A stretch of DNA of 64,000 nt from NCBI RefSeq assembly GCF_006345805.1, contig NC_043012.1, forward strand, positions 62,001 to 126,000, in the 5' to 3' direction. The notes beneath the pieces were generated by a model, which was given only the letters and a program-made list of their open reading frames with translations, was not told where the DNA came from and made no database searches. The translations under genes were made by a program, and so were the position numbers. Below are positions 1-12,642 of the stretch, one piece after another. Numbering within the stretch: the stretch's first letter is position 1; each line of letters opens with the position of its first letter. The DNA is from Octopus sinensis (lineage: Eukaryota).

Positions 1-170
1 CGAGTGGGAAGGTAAGGGGCCAAATATAAAAGGTTAAAGTTTACCGATCCAGAAATTGACGGGAATTAGGTCAACTGACCTTGTTTCATGACCTTCAAAG
101 GTTTATCTTTTAGTCTTTTTTTAAGTAATTAGCTTTCTTTCCAGACATGAAGTTTAGTGGGGTCCTGAAT

Positions 171-186
171 ATATGTATATATATAT

Positions 187-283
<97 letters not shown>

Positions 284-290
284 TTGTGTT
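171..290. repeat. (TA)n followed by (TG)n microsatellite
   Basis: Direct reading of the sequence. Confidence 0.95.
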
Positions 291-480
291 TATAAATACA
301 TACGTATATGTGTACATGTATGTACATATACCCCTTCCACTCATATCTATATATGCGTACAGATGTAAATATACATGCGGATTATGCATAATAAATAATA
401 TATGCATGTAACATGTAACAGCTAATGTATATATATACACACATATATGTATCCGCACGCATATATATATATATATGTGC

Positions 481-495
481 TTATATATATATGTG

Positions 496-547
<52 letters not shown>

Positions 548-584
548 CATCTATATATGTATATATATAATAATATATATATAT

Positions 585-622
<38 letters not shown>

Positions 623-699
623 TGTATTTTTCTGTCTGAAAAAAAAAATCTCACAACGTAGAGGCAAGCGCGCGCGCACACACACGCACACACTCACAC

Positions 700-766
<67 letters not shown>
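481..766. repeat. Compound (TA)n / (CA)n microsatellite
   Basis: Direct reading of the sequence. Confidence 0.95.
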
Positions 767-772
<6 letters not shown>

Positions 773-1143
773 GACATTATATACTGATGCAAAATTGTAT
801 TAGGACATCAGTAGCGTACGCGGTTATAAGTACATATGCTTCAAATTGCTTCAAGTAATGTTGTTTAAACAAAGACAAGAAATTAATTTCTGGTCTAATT
901 AATTATATAAAAAAAAATGTTACCAATAATCTTCAGGCGATTATTGAAGACATTTATAGAAGACTGTCCTAATAAAGAACAATTATGTGTTTGTTTAACA
1001 TCATTCTAAATTAAAGGCATAATATTTATTCTTTAGTAGAAATTGGTCCATATTGACCCGCCGGTTCGGGGTTCATTATAGGATAATATCCTGGCTAATG
1101 AGTTTCATAAATAGACGTGCGCTCAAAGTGCACACATATATGT

Positions 1144-1186
<43 letters not shown>

Positions 1187-1190
1187 CTAT

Positions 1191-1328
1191 ACTTTATTTA
1201 CAGCAGCAGAACTATAACAAAAGCTGTTACTCCGAGTAACAGCTTTTGGATAAAGCATATTACTCTACCTCTGGTATTTGACTACTCTTTTTTTCCACCC
1301 TGCTCACATTTACGTGCTTACTCCGGTG
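1191..1328. mobile_element. PLE-terminus fragment with inverted duplication (perfect 15-bp-arm palindrome 1218-1248)
   Basis: CAAAAGCTGTTACTC-C-GAGTAACAGCTTTTG. The left part is homologous to 5692-5734 (ctttattt..agcagcagaa..caacaaaacctgttactc), which adjoins a hammerhead-like fold. Flanked by (TA)n. Confidence 0.65.
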
Positions 1329-1467
1329 TGTGTATATATATATATATATAGAAATGTGTGTATATACATACATATATACATGCACATCATTTATATATGT
1401 ATCTATCTATCATATAATATATATATTTATATATATAAATATATATATGTACACGTATATATGTGTA

Positions 1468-1533
<66 letters not shown>

Positions 1534-1636
1534 ATAAATGTACGCTGAGCTACCGTGCGTTTTTGTATGGATGTATTTAATAATATATAATATATATATA
1601 TATTTATACACTGTACATATACCATCATCACCGTCT

Positions 1637-1639
<3 letters not shown>

Positions 1640-1685
<46 letters not shown>

Positions 1686-1790
1686 CATTTTTATTATTAT
1701 TGTTATTATTATTATTATTAATATCATCAGCAGCATCATCATCATTCTTGTTGTTGTTGTTGCTATTATTATTATTGCTATTGGTTATCA
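1640..1790. repeat. (ATT)n/(GTT)n triplet microsatellite
   Basis: Direct reading of the sequence. Confidence 0.95.
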
Positions 1791-2149
1791 TTTGCTGAGT
1801 AATCGTCATCGGACAACCTAAAAAGTATGCTTCAGAGTGAAGGGGGAGGAAAGAAGTTGCACTCCTATGCAGGAGGGCGGAATTAGAAAAACTATTTCCC
1901 AGGATCTGTTGAGATTTATAGACTTATATATGTGCGTGTTTCATAAATACACACACTTGCATATTTGAATGTACGTCTAGTTATCGGTATATATATATAT
2001 ATATATATATAAAATAAATATAAGAGAGTGGTCACTATAATATTATAAAATATTATAATAATCCAGGTTTCTCGGAGCACTAGGCCACTTGGTGTAGAAT
2101 AGATATACTATTAAATTAGTATCTAATTCTCTCACCCTTATTAATTAAT

Positions 2150-2195
<46 letters not shown>

Positions 2196-2396
2196 CAAGT
2201 ATGTATGTATGTGTGTGGATGGATAGACAGACAGACAAGCAGACATATAGATAGTCAGAAACATAGATAGACAGATAAATAGATAGATTGATAGATTGAT
2301 TCATAAACAGATAGGGAGATTGATATGTGTTTATAGAAATACGCGCGAAATGTTTATATTAGACGCACATATGAATCCATACATGTATATACATAC

Positions 2397-2431
<35 letters not shown>

Positions 2432-2499
2432 ATATTATATATATATAATATATATATATTATATATATATATATATATATATGTATACGCGTATATACT

Positions 2500-4906
2500 T
2501 CTACCTCAGTTAATCTAATTGCATATATTTATCGTTACTTTTCACAAAGGCCTTTATTTTTTACATCCAATGTGCATATTCGTTTTTTTTTCTTCTTTCC
2601 CCACATTTCTACCACGTGTAGTTTATTTTTCTCTTTCAAACCTATTTCTTTTGTATTTTACTACACGGGAGATTGAAACTGCCACTTGCCCCGAAGATAC
2701 TCTAAAGGAACTAAAAGAGATTAAATCTACTTTTAGACTCCTAATTAACAAGATTGATTAACTTAATCGATGTACTCGAGAGGCAAAGTAAAAAGAAAAG
2801 AAGGGTCAATCTCTGGAACGACTCAATCAACATTTGACCGAATTATGCACCGCTCTACAATCGTTACCTCATAGTAATTGTATAAATGAAAATCCCCCTA
2901 CAGATGATAGAACCCCCTCTACGTTATCGCAATTAATTAAAAACTGTATTATCCATATCTGAAATGAGAAACTTAAAACCAGAAAATTATCTTTCTGCAA
3001 TATGATTAAAAACAACTACAAGAGAGAAATTTATGAACGCTCGTTAAATTCAACTCCAATAATCTTACCTCGTAAACTTTAAATTAAACTAACACCAAGT
3101 GGGCAGGACCAACAAAGACAATTAAGGGAGAAACTAGCATTGAAAAAAAGGAAGACGGAAATCGAACTCCTTAAACTTAGAGCGTTAAGCAATGAACAAA
3201 TATTTAAAAGCATAGATGAGGAAATATATACCGAATTAAGGAAACATTCAGATGGTCAGCTCTTGGAGAATGTTTTTAAGCTATGGAAAACAACATGTGA
3301 AACTGAAAAAACAAATTCCCTACAACGCTCGGAAAGACGAGCTAAGTTTTCCCTAAACTACGAAACACAGTTCAACATAGAAAACATATGGGATAACCTG
3401 AAGAAAAAGAAACCAAAAACCTACGCGGAAAGGACCGCACATTTATCTAACTCAAACCACAGACAATCTAGAGGACACAACTCCACCGAACTAATCTCTC
3501 TTCTATCCCCAAATAACTTCCAAACAACAAATAGGAATTCCGTTCGTAATAGAAAATCCGGACGTCATTTTCAAGGTCCCCTACATACAACTCAAAAGAC
3601 CCATCCAAACCTCCACACTTATCTAAACCTACCAATCTACCTCCATCATCTCACAGACAATGGAAAAACTTACCTCCAACATTTTGCCCTCAACACGAAT
3701 ACTTCAAGCATTCAACTAGAGAAAACTTAACTAGACAATATAACTTCTCCATCCACCCTCATTACAGAATTAAAAATAAATTTAACCCAAACCCTCACTA
3801 AAACTATAATTTAGTCCACTACACAGTCATTTCACCACAAACCACAGATACGCTTTACACCCATTTTCTCCTCACCAAACCAAATACAATACAAACTTCC
3901 CACGACAATTCACCTACTACAGCCATATTTTAGAATTAAATCAGAGAAACAGAGATGTGAAATGGAACAAAATGTACAAGAACAACCGAAAATAATCAAC
4001 TTATCAAAGAAAATCCTAAATACTACACAAAATAAAATTCTAGCTAGAGGTTTAAAGTTTACACCAACACCTTGCAGATTGAATCTGAATGAAATCGAGG
4101 ATAAAACTATGGACATTTGCAGAAAATTGCGCCTCACAACTACACCAGCGAAGATCGCTTAAGAGCCAAAAACAAAAGCGAATACTGCCCAACAAAAGGC
4201 AAAAATAAAGCACTTGATGATTTTTGTGAACACATTACCAGTTTTCTCTTCAATATCCTACAAAATCAACGAATTAAATCCAACCTTAACACAAATGAAT
4301 GGAAAAACCTATTCGAGTTAAATAATTATATAAACCTGACAATTAAAGACACCGATAAAGGAAGTGCTGTAGTAGTGATGGATATTGAGCACTATAAGAA
4401 TTTAATACTCTCTATGTTGGAAAACAATATTTACTATAAGAAGATAGTAAAATTCAACCCACAGGCGACACTTAAAAACTTATCCTCTTTATTCAAGTAC
4501 ATGGAAAGGGCCTCACTAGAAAAAAAAAAATTATCTATTTATCCAATTTTAAATACAGACCAATTCTTTTTTACATTTTACATAAAATGCAAAAAAATTC
4601 ACATATTTGTAAAACTTGCAAAGATTCTCCAAGCCTATGCATTAATGTTTCTCCCCCTACTGACCTCAAACTAAGACCCATCATTGCTGGCCCTGCTTGT
4701 GAAACCCTCCGTTTGAGCAATTTCCTCGACATCTTATACCATTTTTGAAATATGTGAAAAGCTTCATCAGGGATGACTTACACATGCTGAACCATCTCCC
4801 GAAGACAGTAAGTGAAGGAACCCTGCTAGTATCATTCGATGTGGTGAACTTGTACGCCAATATCCCACACGATTATGGTATAGAAGCAATCACATTCTGG
4901 CTAGAG
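2500..4906 (+). pseudogene. Penelope-like retroelement: long N-terminal region plus RT up to motif A; 3' half (YxDD, GIY-YIG) absent; stops and frameshifts
   Basis: ORF fragments carry PLE RT signatures: IINLSKKIL..KILARGLKFTPTP (3962-4162), SNLNTNEWKNL..LTIKDTDKGSAVVVMD..Y (4117-4674), DLKLRPIIAGPACET.RLSNFLD (frameshifted, about 4662-4735) and YVKSFIRD..LLVSFDVVNLYANIPHDYGIEAITFWLE (4745-4906). Similarity ends abruptly after FWLE. Confidence 0.9.
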
Positions 4907-5157
4907 TTTGACCATCTCCTGAATCTAAACCTTAGAACCATCATGGCTTCTGTTGTGGCCTTTTCAGCCAGACAATGTTCTACAAAGACCCACATAGATT
5001 CCACATCCGATTTGGACCGGCAAGAGCTGCAGGTATGTTCTGATCTTTGTGGATCTTAAAATGTCTTTTGAGGCCTCCGTTAGATTTGCAAACTTTCTGG
5101 CTTACACTACATTCAAAGGTATGCTCAAACATATAGGCAGATATATATATATATATC

Positions 5158-5214
<57 letters not shown>

Positions 5215-5330
5215 TGTGTTGTGTGTGTGTATGTGTGTGTGTGTGCGTGTGTGTGTGTGTGTGCGTGTGTGTGTGCGTGTGTGTGTGTATTCATATATAT
5301 TATTTATTCTCGATAAGGAAATATATGTTA

Positions 5331-5586
5331 GTTAGTGATAGAGGTCCCCATGCAATTCATCAAATCCTAATATACTCACACCATATCATAGAATTTTATT
5401 TTAATACTTACTATTTCAGTTCCAAATTTCTCTTCTACACTTGTTTCATGAGGTGCGTTTAACGTTCCCGAGACCCTCAGTCTTTTTCAGAAACATGGAA
5501 ATTTGGAACTGAAATAGTAAGCGTTGTATGATATGGTGTGATAAATATTAGGATTTGCTAAATTGCATAGGGACTTCTATCCCTAA
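5331..5586. mobile_element. Fold-back (MITE-like / PLE-terminus) element with about 90-100-bp imperfect inverted arms
   Basis: Left arm ttagtgatagaggtcccatgcaatt..ctatttcagttccaaatttc matches the reverse complement of right arm gaaatttggaactgaaatagtaag..aattgcatagggacttctatccctaa; spacer about 70 nt. Confidence 0.8.
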
Positions 5587-5726
5587 ATAACACACACACA
5601 CACACACCATACATACACACCCACACACCACACCACAACACACGCACACCACCATATATATATTACATATATATATATATTATATATATATACTTTATTT
5701 AAAGCAGCAGAAAATTCAACAAAACC

Positions 5727-5757
5727 TGTTACTCTGAGTTTCCCGTTGCCGCTCATC

Positions 5758-5762
<5 letters not shown>
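5727..5762 (-). ncRNA. Minimal type I hammerhead-like fold (degenerate copy) at a PLE terminus
   Basis: Minus strand UGU CCGAUGA GCG GCAA CGG GAAA CUC A GAG UA ACA. Stem I 3 bp, palindromic stem III (ACUC-A-GAGU), GUA site. Deviations: U4C and a G.G mismatch closing stem II. Confidence 0.5.
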
Positions 5763-5840
<78 letters not shown>

Positions 5841-6194
5841 TGTACATATTGTACGGTATATATTTCTACACAACACACCTGCAGACATATATAATGTATG
5901 TACGTATATATCTATGTATGTCTGTACGTATTGAGTTCGCGGAATTTTGCTGATGATATATAATTTAAACTGTTGAGGACTAAGGAGATCGGAACATGTC
6001 TGATATTTCCAACTTTTGGGCTAAGCTCTCAAATTCTTAGTCCAAACATTTACCTAACTCGATATTGTTAATTTCTGTATTTTAATTATCCTAGAGTGAC
6101 TTCTCATCCATTAACTGTGCACATATTTTTGGGCAATCGTAGATTATAAAATATTTATACAACGTATGAGAGAAATTATATTATCTTAGCATGA

Positions 6195-6425
6195 GCTAGG
6201 GTTAGGGTTAATTTGCAGAATCATTAGCACGTCGGACAAAATACTCAGCAGCATTTCTTCCGGCTGTGTATACGCTGTGTTCGAATCCCGTCGAGGTCAA
6301 GTTTGCTTTCCATCATTTCACGGTCAATAAAATGCCAATCAAGTACTGGGGAGATAAAGACAATCCTATTCCCTAAAATTACCCGTCTTGAGCCAAACTT
6401 CCCAAATTAAAATTTGAACGAATAT
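6195..6425 (+). mobile_element. SINE family B (tRNA-derived; gtcgactttgcctttcatcctttcggggtcg core), degenerate
   Basis: gcagaatcattagcacgtcggac..gttcgaatccc..gaggtcaagtttgctttccatcatttcacggtcaataaaat..aagtactgg; homologous to 23334-23945. Confidence 0.7.
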
Positions 6426-6749
6426 TTTGTATTAGGGGTATTCTTCTCAAATATTTGCGGTCGGTCATTTCGTATATGTGATAATTTTGCTGTTTTTTCT
6501 TAGTGCATTGTTTATTGAATGAAACCAGACACTTCCTGTAAGATGGTCTGTAACAATTCAAAAAGGAGCTCCGAAAAAATTGGTGTGTAGATTACATTTT
6601 TTAATTTTATCCAACCCAACGGTGAAGAATATATGTGCGTGTGTGTATGTGTTGTGTGTGTGTGCGTTCATGCGTGTGTGTGTATATATGTATAGATAGA
6701 TAGATAAAGATATATGTTTGTATATTCATATATAGATATGTATATATAA

Positions 6750-6754
6750 GTATA

Positions 6755-6798
<44 letters not shown>

Positions 6799-6853
6799 GA
6801 ATATATATATATATAATATATATATATATACTATATATATATATGAATATATT

Positions 6854-6885
<32 letters not shown>

Positions 6886-6939
6886 GATATATATGAATAT
6901 ATATATATATATATAATGAATATATATAATATATATATA

Positions 6940-6993
<54 letters not shown>

Positions 6994-6996
6994 AGC

Positions 6997-7035
<39 letters not shown>

Positions 7036-7065
7036 ATATAAATATATATTATATATTATATATGA
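6750..7065. repeat. Long imperfect (TA)n microsatellite
   Basis: Direct reading of the sequence. Confidence 0.95.
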
Positions 7066-7580
7066 TGGCCAGATAACCGAAGAGATGGTGTTGTGGATTT
7101 CCACTTCGGCATCTGAACTCAGAGTTTTATCGACTTGAGTAAATGTAACATATTATTTTATAGATAAATTTCCTCTATTTACATAATATTGAGGTCTCTT
7201 TCTTTATGTTGTTATCTTACCGTTTTTGCCAATATATATATATATATATACACAAACACAAAATCTTATTTTGTTGTCTCATTAAAAATCTTATTTTGTT
7301 GTCTCATTAATAAAAGACTAGTAAGGAGGTAAATCACTTTCCATTTTTGTCTTTTTATTTCAAGAGTGGGTGTGGCCTGGGTTCAACTTGCGGTGTGTAT
7401 ATGTGTTAAGATACGTCCTTGATTGTATGTCTCGTGTAGAAATGTATATTGTAAGTGTTGATCCCTATATTGTACATATTTGAATATGGTTCTGTCCTCT
7501 GCTCCAGTTTTGGCTGTCATGTGAGGAAATTACACTCTTTTTTTTAATCTCTGCCTCTCTCTCTTTATACACACACACAC

Positions 7581-7660
<80 letters not shown>

Positions 7661-8007
7661 AACATTCGCACACATACATAGGGATGTATAGGGCACACAT
7701 ATATGCGAATTGTGTTCCTTTTGTGAGCGTGATTCTGTGCATGCGTGAGCACGCAGGCACCAGGCACACACCCAAGCATACAGAAATACAAGGATAGAGA
7801 GTGCGAGAGTGAGAGGAAAAAACAAATAGGTTAAAGAGAGAGAGAGAGAGAGAGAGGGAGGTGAAAGAGGGAAAGAGAATGAGTGAGAGAGAGAGGCGAG
7901 AGAGAGAGAATAATTTACTCACATGACAGTCAAAAACTAGAGCACAGGACTTTACAATATACAATATATGGGCCAACAATTCTATATACTTACATGCATT
8001 TATAAAC

Positions 8008-8070
<63 letters not shown>

Positions 8071-8431
8071 CACATAGATATATATATATATACATATATA
8101 TATACATATATATGCGAATATATATATAAATATATACACATATACATGCGTAAACACACACGTATATACATGTATACATGATATACATACATACACACAT
8201 ACATACATGCATAATTACATACATGACTGATACACAGATAAACAGATAGATACATACCTAGAAAAATAAAAATAATATATATATGTTGAAAGTAAATCTA
8301 ATGGTTTCTGTGTGTTTCTTAAATGGCTTATAAACACCTTCCACCCTGCAATTGTTTATATATATATATACATATACGTTTATATATTTGTTGTACAAGA
8401 TTTTTCTATGTGAAGTCGTGTGTTGAAACAG

Positions 8432-8808
8432 ATATTGTTATATTTCGGAATGGTCATTTTGCCAGTTTAGCCAATAAAATCACGCGCACTATATATTTGG
8501 TGTTATTTTGCTTCAGTGTTATTTGTTTTTTACATTAATCTTAATCTTATTTCGGCCAGAGTTCTTTCGTCACACTCCTGTGACCGCATCAGTGGTCCTT
8601 TGTTTTCTTCTTTCTTATTTGTTTCTCTCCTTACTAACCGTCAGTCATTTTGTATTTCTATTGTATGTCTTCATTTGCGCATGCTTATATCTCTATGTGC
8701 GTCTATGTTTATTTAGTGTGTGTGGGGGTATGCCTGTAATATTTATATCTTCTCTCTACATACGTTCATGTAAACTGGCAAAATGACCATTCCGAAATAT
8801 AACAATAT
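8432..8808. mobile_element. Fold-back element with perfect 38-bp terminal inverted repeats, containing a hammerhead-like fold
   Basis: ATATTGTTATATTTCGGAATGGTCATTTTGCCAGTTTA (8432-8469) is the exact reverse complement of 8771-8808. Confidence 0.85.
8554..8598 (-). ncRNA. Minimal type I hammerhead-like fold (A9C in this copy)
   Basis: Minus strand GGACCA CUGAUGC G GUCACA GGAG UGUGAC GAAA G AA C UC UGGCC. Perfect 6-bp stem II, stem I 4 of 5 pairs, A-U and G-C stem III with 2-nt loop, CUC site. Confidence 0.6.
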
Positions 8809-9318
8809 ATATATATATATATATATATTTGTGTGTGTGTGTCTCAAAAGCGATGAAAGGTCTTTCCCTAGACATAGGCTCATAGTACCAGTTTCTCGGT
8901 TTCTCTGTCTACATATTCTTCAGTCCCCTTGGTAGAACGCAGGTTCCTCGTAGGTTTCTCATTTTTGCTCAAGTATATAATGCATTGCTTAGTCCATTTA
9001 ACCAAAAACTATCTCTCGATCATGAGTTCAATATGCTGACGATTATATCATGTCCCTTAACACGCATGCACGCGCGCGAGCACACATATGCATCCCCACT
9101 CACACACATACACACTAACTGACTTGTACACACATACATGCTTATATACGTGCATATATACATATTTATAATGCATATGTCTGTATGGCCTGGATATTGG
9201 TTCCCCATGTTCTGTATCCATAATTGGAAACATCGATTCCGCAACGAAAGACACTGTCACCGCACGCAACAAAAATGTATAATCACACCTCGTCTTCTGC
9301 AGAAAAGAAACACTAAAC

Positions 9319-9726
9319 GCAGCGAGCTGGCAGAAACGTTAGCGCGCCGGGCGAAATGCTTAGCGTCTGCCGCTACGTTCTGAGTTCAAATTCTGCCGAG
9401 GTCGACTTTGCCTTTCATCCTTTCGAGGTTGATAAATTAAGTACCAGTTATGCACTGGAGTCGATATAATCTACTTAATCCGTTTGTCTGTCCTTGTCTG
9501 TCCTCTCTGTGTTTAGCACCTTATGGGTAGTTAAAAAAATAGGTATTTCGTCTGTCCTTACGTTCTGAGTACAAATTCCGCCGAGGTCTACTTTACTTTT
9601 CATCCTTTCGGGGTCGATTAAATAAGTACCAGTTATGCACAGGGGTCGATATAATCGACTTCATCCATTTGCATGCCCTTGTTTATCCTCTCTGTGTGTA
9701 GCCCCTTGTGGACAGTAAAGAAATAA
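9319..9726 (+). mobile_element. SINE family B: head plus two tandem body units
   Basis: gcagcgagctggcagaaacgttagc head with gttctgagttcaaattc B-box-like motif; second unit restarts at gtatttcgtc (9543). Confidence 0.85.
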
Positions 9727-9834
9727 GGAAATAAACAAACACCAAAGCCATCACTACCACTGTAGAGGATAACCCTTCGCAATTTCACTGACACTTCGGA
9801 AATTACAACTCTAAGACTGGCCTACTTCATATTA

Positions 9835-10137
9835 TCACCGTGACCGACCAGGCTATCAGATGTTGCTACACATCGCTGGTCACAATGCGCTTCGCATTGT
9901 TTTAGCCTTCAAATGACGCCACCCTGCTGGCTAAGCGAGAAGGCCAACAGAAGAAAGAGTGAGAGAAAGTTGTGGCGAAAGAGTACAGCAGGGATCGCCA
10001 CCACCCCCTGCCGGAGCCTCGTGGAGCTTTAGGTGTTTTCGCTCAATAAACACTCAGAACGCCCGCTCTGGGAATCGAAACCGCGATCCTACAACCGCGA
10101 GTCCGCTGCCGTAACAACTGGGCCATTGCGCCTCCAC
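9835..10137 (-). mobile_element. SINE family C (tRNA-derived), full length, with 11-bp TSD
   Basis: Minus-strand head ggaggcgcaatggcccagttgttacggcag..ggtttcgattccc (A/B boxes). TSD ACTTCATATTA at 9824-9834 and 10138-10148. Confidence 0.9.
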
Positions 10138-10362
10138 ACTTCATATTATAGCGAAAATAATTCAGTCCTTAAAAGTTACTTGCTTTCTACGATGTTCACG
10201 AGGAACCCATAGTAGTGTATTGTTCTTACATCAGGGATTGTGCTGATGGTGTACACTTATACCACCCACACACCCACCCTCAAATATGATCTTGCCGTTC
10301 TACTTTTCTCGTGATGCTACAATGTCCAGTGAATTTGCATGTCATGGGTGCAATTTCGGCTG

Positions 10363-10411
<49 letters not shown>

Positions 10412-10843
10412 GAAGAGAGAGACAAATACACACACACAGACATAAATATATGTATATATACTGATATACACATACATACATACATATACATACATACATA
10501 TAAATATGCATATATATATGTGTATATATGCGTATGTATGTATGCGTTTGTATGTAATAAGTAGATTGTATACAACTATATGATTTGTGCCACAGTTGTG
10601 TGTTTTTGAGCAGGATATTGCAGAATACCTGACACTTGCGAAATTATGTTTCTATAAATGCACATAAACACACATATAGACACACACACGCTCGCCCACA
10701 CAAATATACACGCTCACATACACACACACACACACATAGATATCCATACACGCGCACATACACACACATCTCGTAGTTATTGATCTGTATGCTATATTCT
10801 TCTGAAAGTAAACGAATATGTCGTTTAAGCACCTTGCTGCATA

Positions 10844-11247
10844 TCTATATATATAAAACTGTAGTTGTGTGAGTGTCTATCCCCTTCGATTTAGATTCCT
10901 AACTACTCCCACATTTTGCGGTGCAGTTTAACCAAAACCGGGTATCTTATAGTCGTGATTCATATCGAGCCCTTCTGGATATTAGCGCACGTCTACGATG
11001 AGTCTACGATGAGTCTACGATTTTAAAAATAATTTACCATCATTTTTTTCCATTTTCATGCATATTTTTTTAAAGGGAAGTAACTCTCTAAAAATGTCTA
11101 CCATGAGTCAACAATTCAAAAAAAAATTTACCATCATTTTTTCCCATTTTTAATGCATTTTTTGCTATTTTTTGGCTATAACTCTCTAAAAATGCTTATA
11201 TAGTTATGTCCCTTACAAACCCGAGCAACGCCGGGCGATACTGCTAG
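10844..11247 (+). mobile_element. Complete non-autonomous Helitron (404 bp)
   Basis: 5'-TC start, 3'-CTAG end, subterminal hairpin CCCG-agcaacgc-CGGG just upstream of CTAG, inserted between A10843 and T11248 with no TSD. Confidence 0.85.
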
Positions 11248-11589
11248 TAATCCCTATTGTAACTTCAAATCCCGTTGAAGTAACCTTTGTTGTTCGCCCG
11301 TCCCCTGACCTGTACTCTCTCCAGTTTGCTGCACAATTTCGAAGGAATTAATGCTAAGAGTATCAAACAAGAATTGCCTGTGAATAGCATTCAATAGTGT
11401 CACTGCCAGACAGCACTGCGTTTCTTTGTATTCGGCGATTGTGATGAAATATACGAAGGATGTTTTCTAAGTCATAACAACTTCCGCTTTCGTACTAATT
11501 TTCGACGGAAACCTCGTAGAACTTTATAGATACCAGCAATTAGATTCTCTTACGAACATTAAATGCAACTTGTTTGAGAAAGTTTTAGA

Positions 11590-11730
11590 GACGGAGGTAT
11601 GGTTGTGTTGTAACAAGCTTGCTTCCCAACTCCATGGTTCCGAGTTCAGCCACACTTTGAAGACGTCTTTTCTACTATATCCTCGGGTCAACTTAAGGCT
11701 TATGAGTGGAAACTGAAAGAAACCTGTGTC
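11590..11730 (+). mobile_element. SINE family A, 5' half, degenerate
   Basis: ggttgtgttgtaacaagcttgcttcccaac..ggttccgagttcag..gaaactgaaagaaacc; homologous to 23957-24120. Confidence 0.75.
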
Positions 11731-11864
11731 ATATATATATATATATATATAGAAAATAGTAAAAAGTGAAAAAACTACAGAAGGCTTGTTTTAAAAGGTT
11801 AAAAAATATATGTTTGAGTCAATATATACAACCACGTGTTTCACAAACCAACTTTCTCATCTCT

Positions 11865-11902
<38 letters not shown>

Positions 11903-12165
11903 TCGCTCTCTCTCTCTCTCTCTCTATATTATATATATAGAGACAGTAGTTTAGTACAATTGTTTCATACTGAGAACATTTTATTTAAAGCTGCAAATAT
12001 TCTAAGTTAAGTACCATATTCATTTGAAAAAAAGATTACTCAGCCGAAATTACTACGATGATCCGGTTCTTGACTGAAGACTGAGGGTTTCGAGTGTCCT
12101 GTCCGTGTTTATTGTGTCGTCTTCTAAGAGTTATACGTTCTTGTCCATGTATTTTTCTACATACC

Positions 12166-12197
<32 letters not shown>

Positions 12198-12271
12198 CTT
12201 ATTTATTTATACATATTTAACAGGAGTAGCTAGTGATTCAAGGTCCGAAAGTTTCGTATGTTGATAATCAT

Positions 12272-12323
12272 CAAAGTTTGTTAAGTGCCAACGCACGAAA
12301 CACTCAGCGTTTGAGTCACTTTG
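12272..12323 (+). ncRNA. Type I hammerhead-like ribozyme with variant core (U3-A8, A6U)
   Basis: CAAAGU UUGUUAA GUGC CAAC GCAC GAAA C (AC) UCA GCGUU UGA G UC ACUUUG. Stem I 6 bp perfect, stem II 4 bp perfect, stem III 5 bp with a 2-nt bulge, GUC site. Confidence 0.7.
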
Positions 12324-12407
12324 TTACATCAGCGATAAATAACAACAAAAAATTAGGTATATTCATATTTTGAGTTCTATGTTTCATGTTTGCATCACCC
12401 TACCTAT

Positions 12408-12608
12408 ATACATACATACATACATACATACATACATACATACATACATACATACATACATACATACATACATACATACATGCATACATACATACATACA
12501 TGCATACATACATAAATACATACATAATACATACATACATACATACATACATACATGCATACATACATAAATACATACATACATACATACATACATACAT
12601 AACATACA

Positions 12609-12642
<34 letters not shown>

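Noticed and set aside
4968-5032. Candidate exon with ttttcag acceptor and CAG|GTATGT donor
   Set aside because: Two frames are open but no recognisable protein or partner exons; needs RNA-seq
5432-5497. Hammerhead in the loop of the 5331-5586 fold-back
   Set aside because: GAAAC-AAGU-GUA is present, but the core and stem I cannot be assigned convincingly
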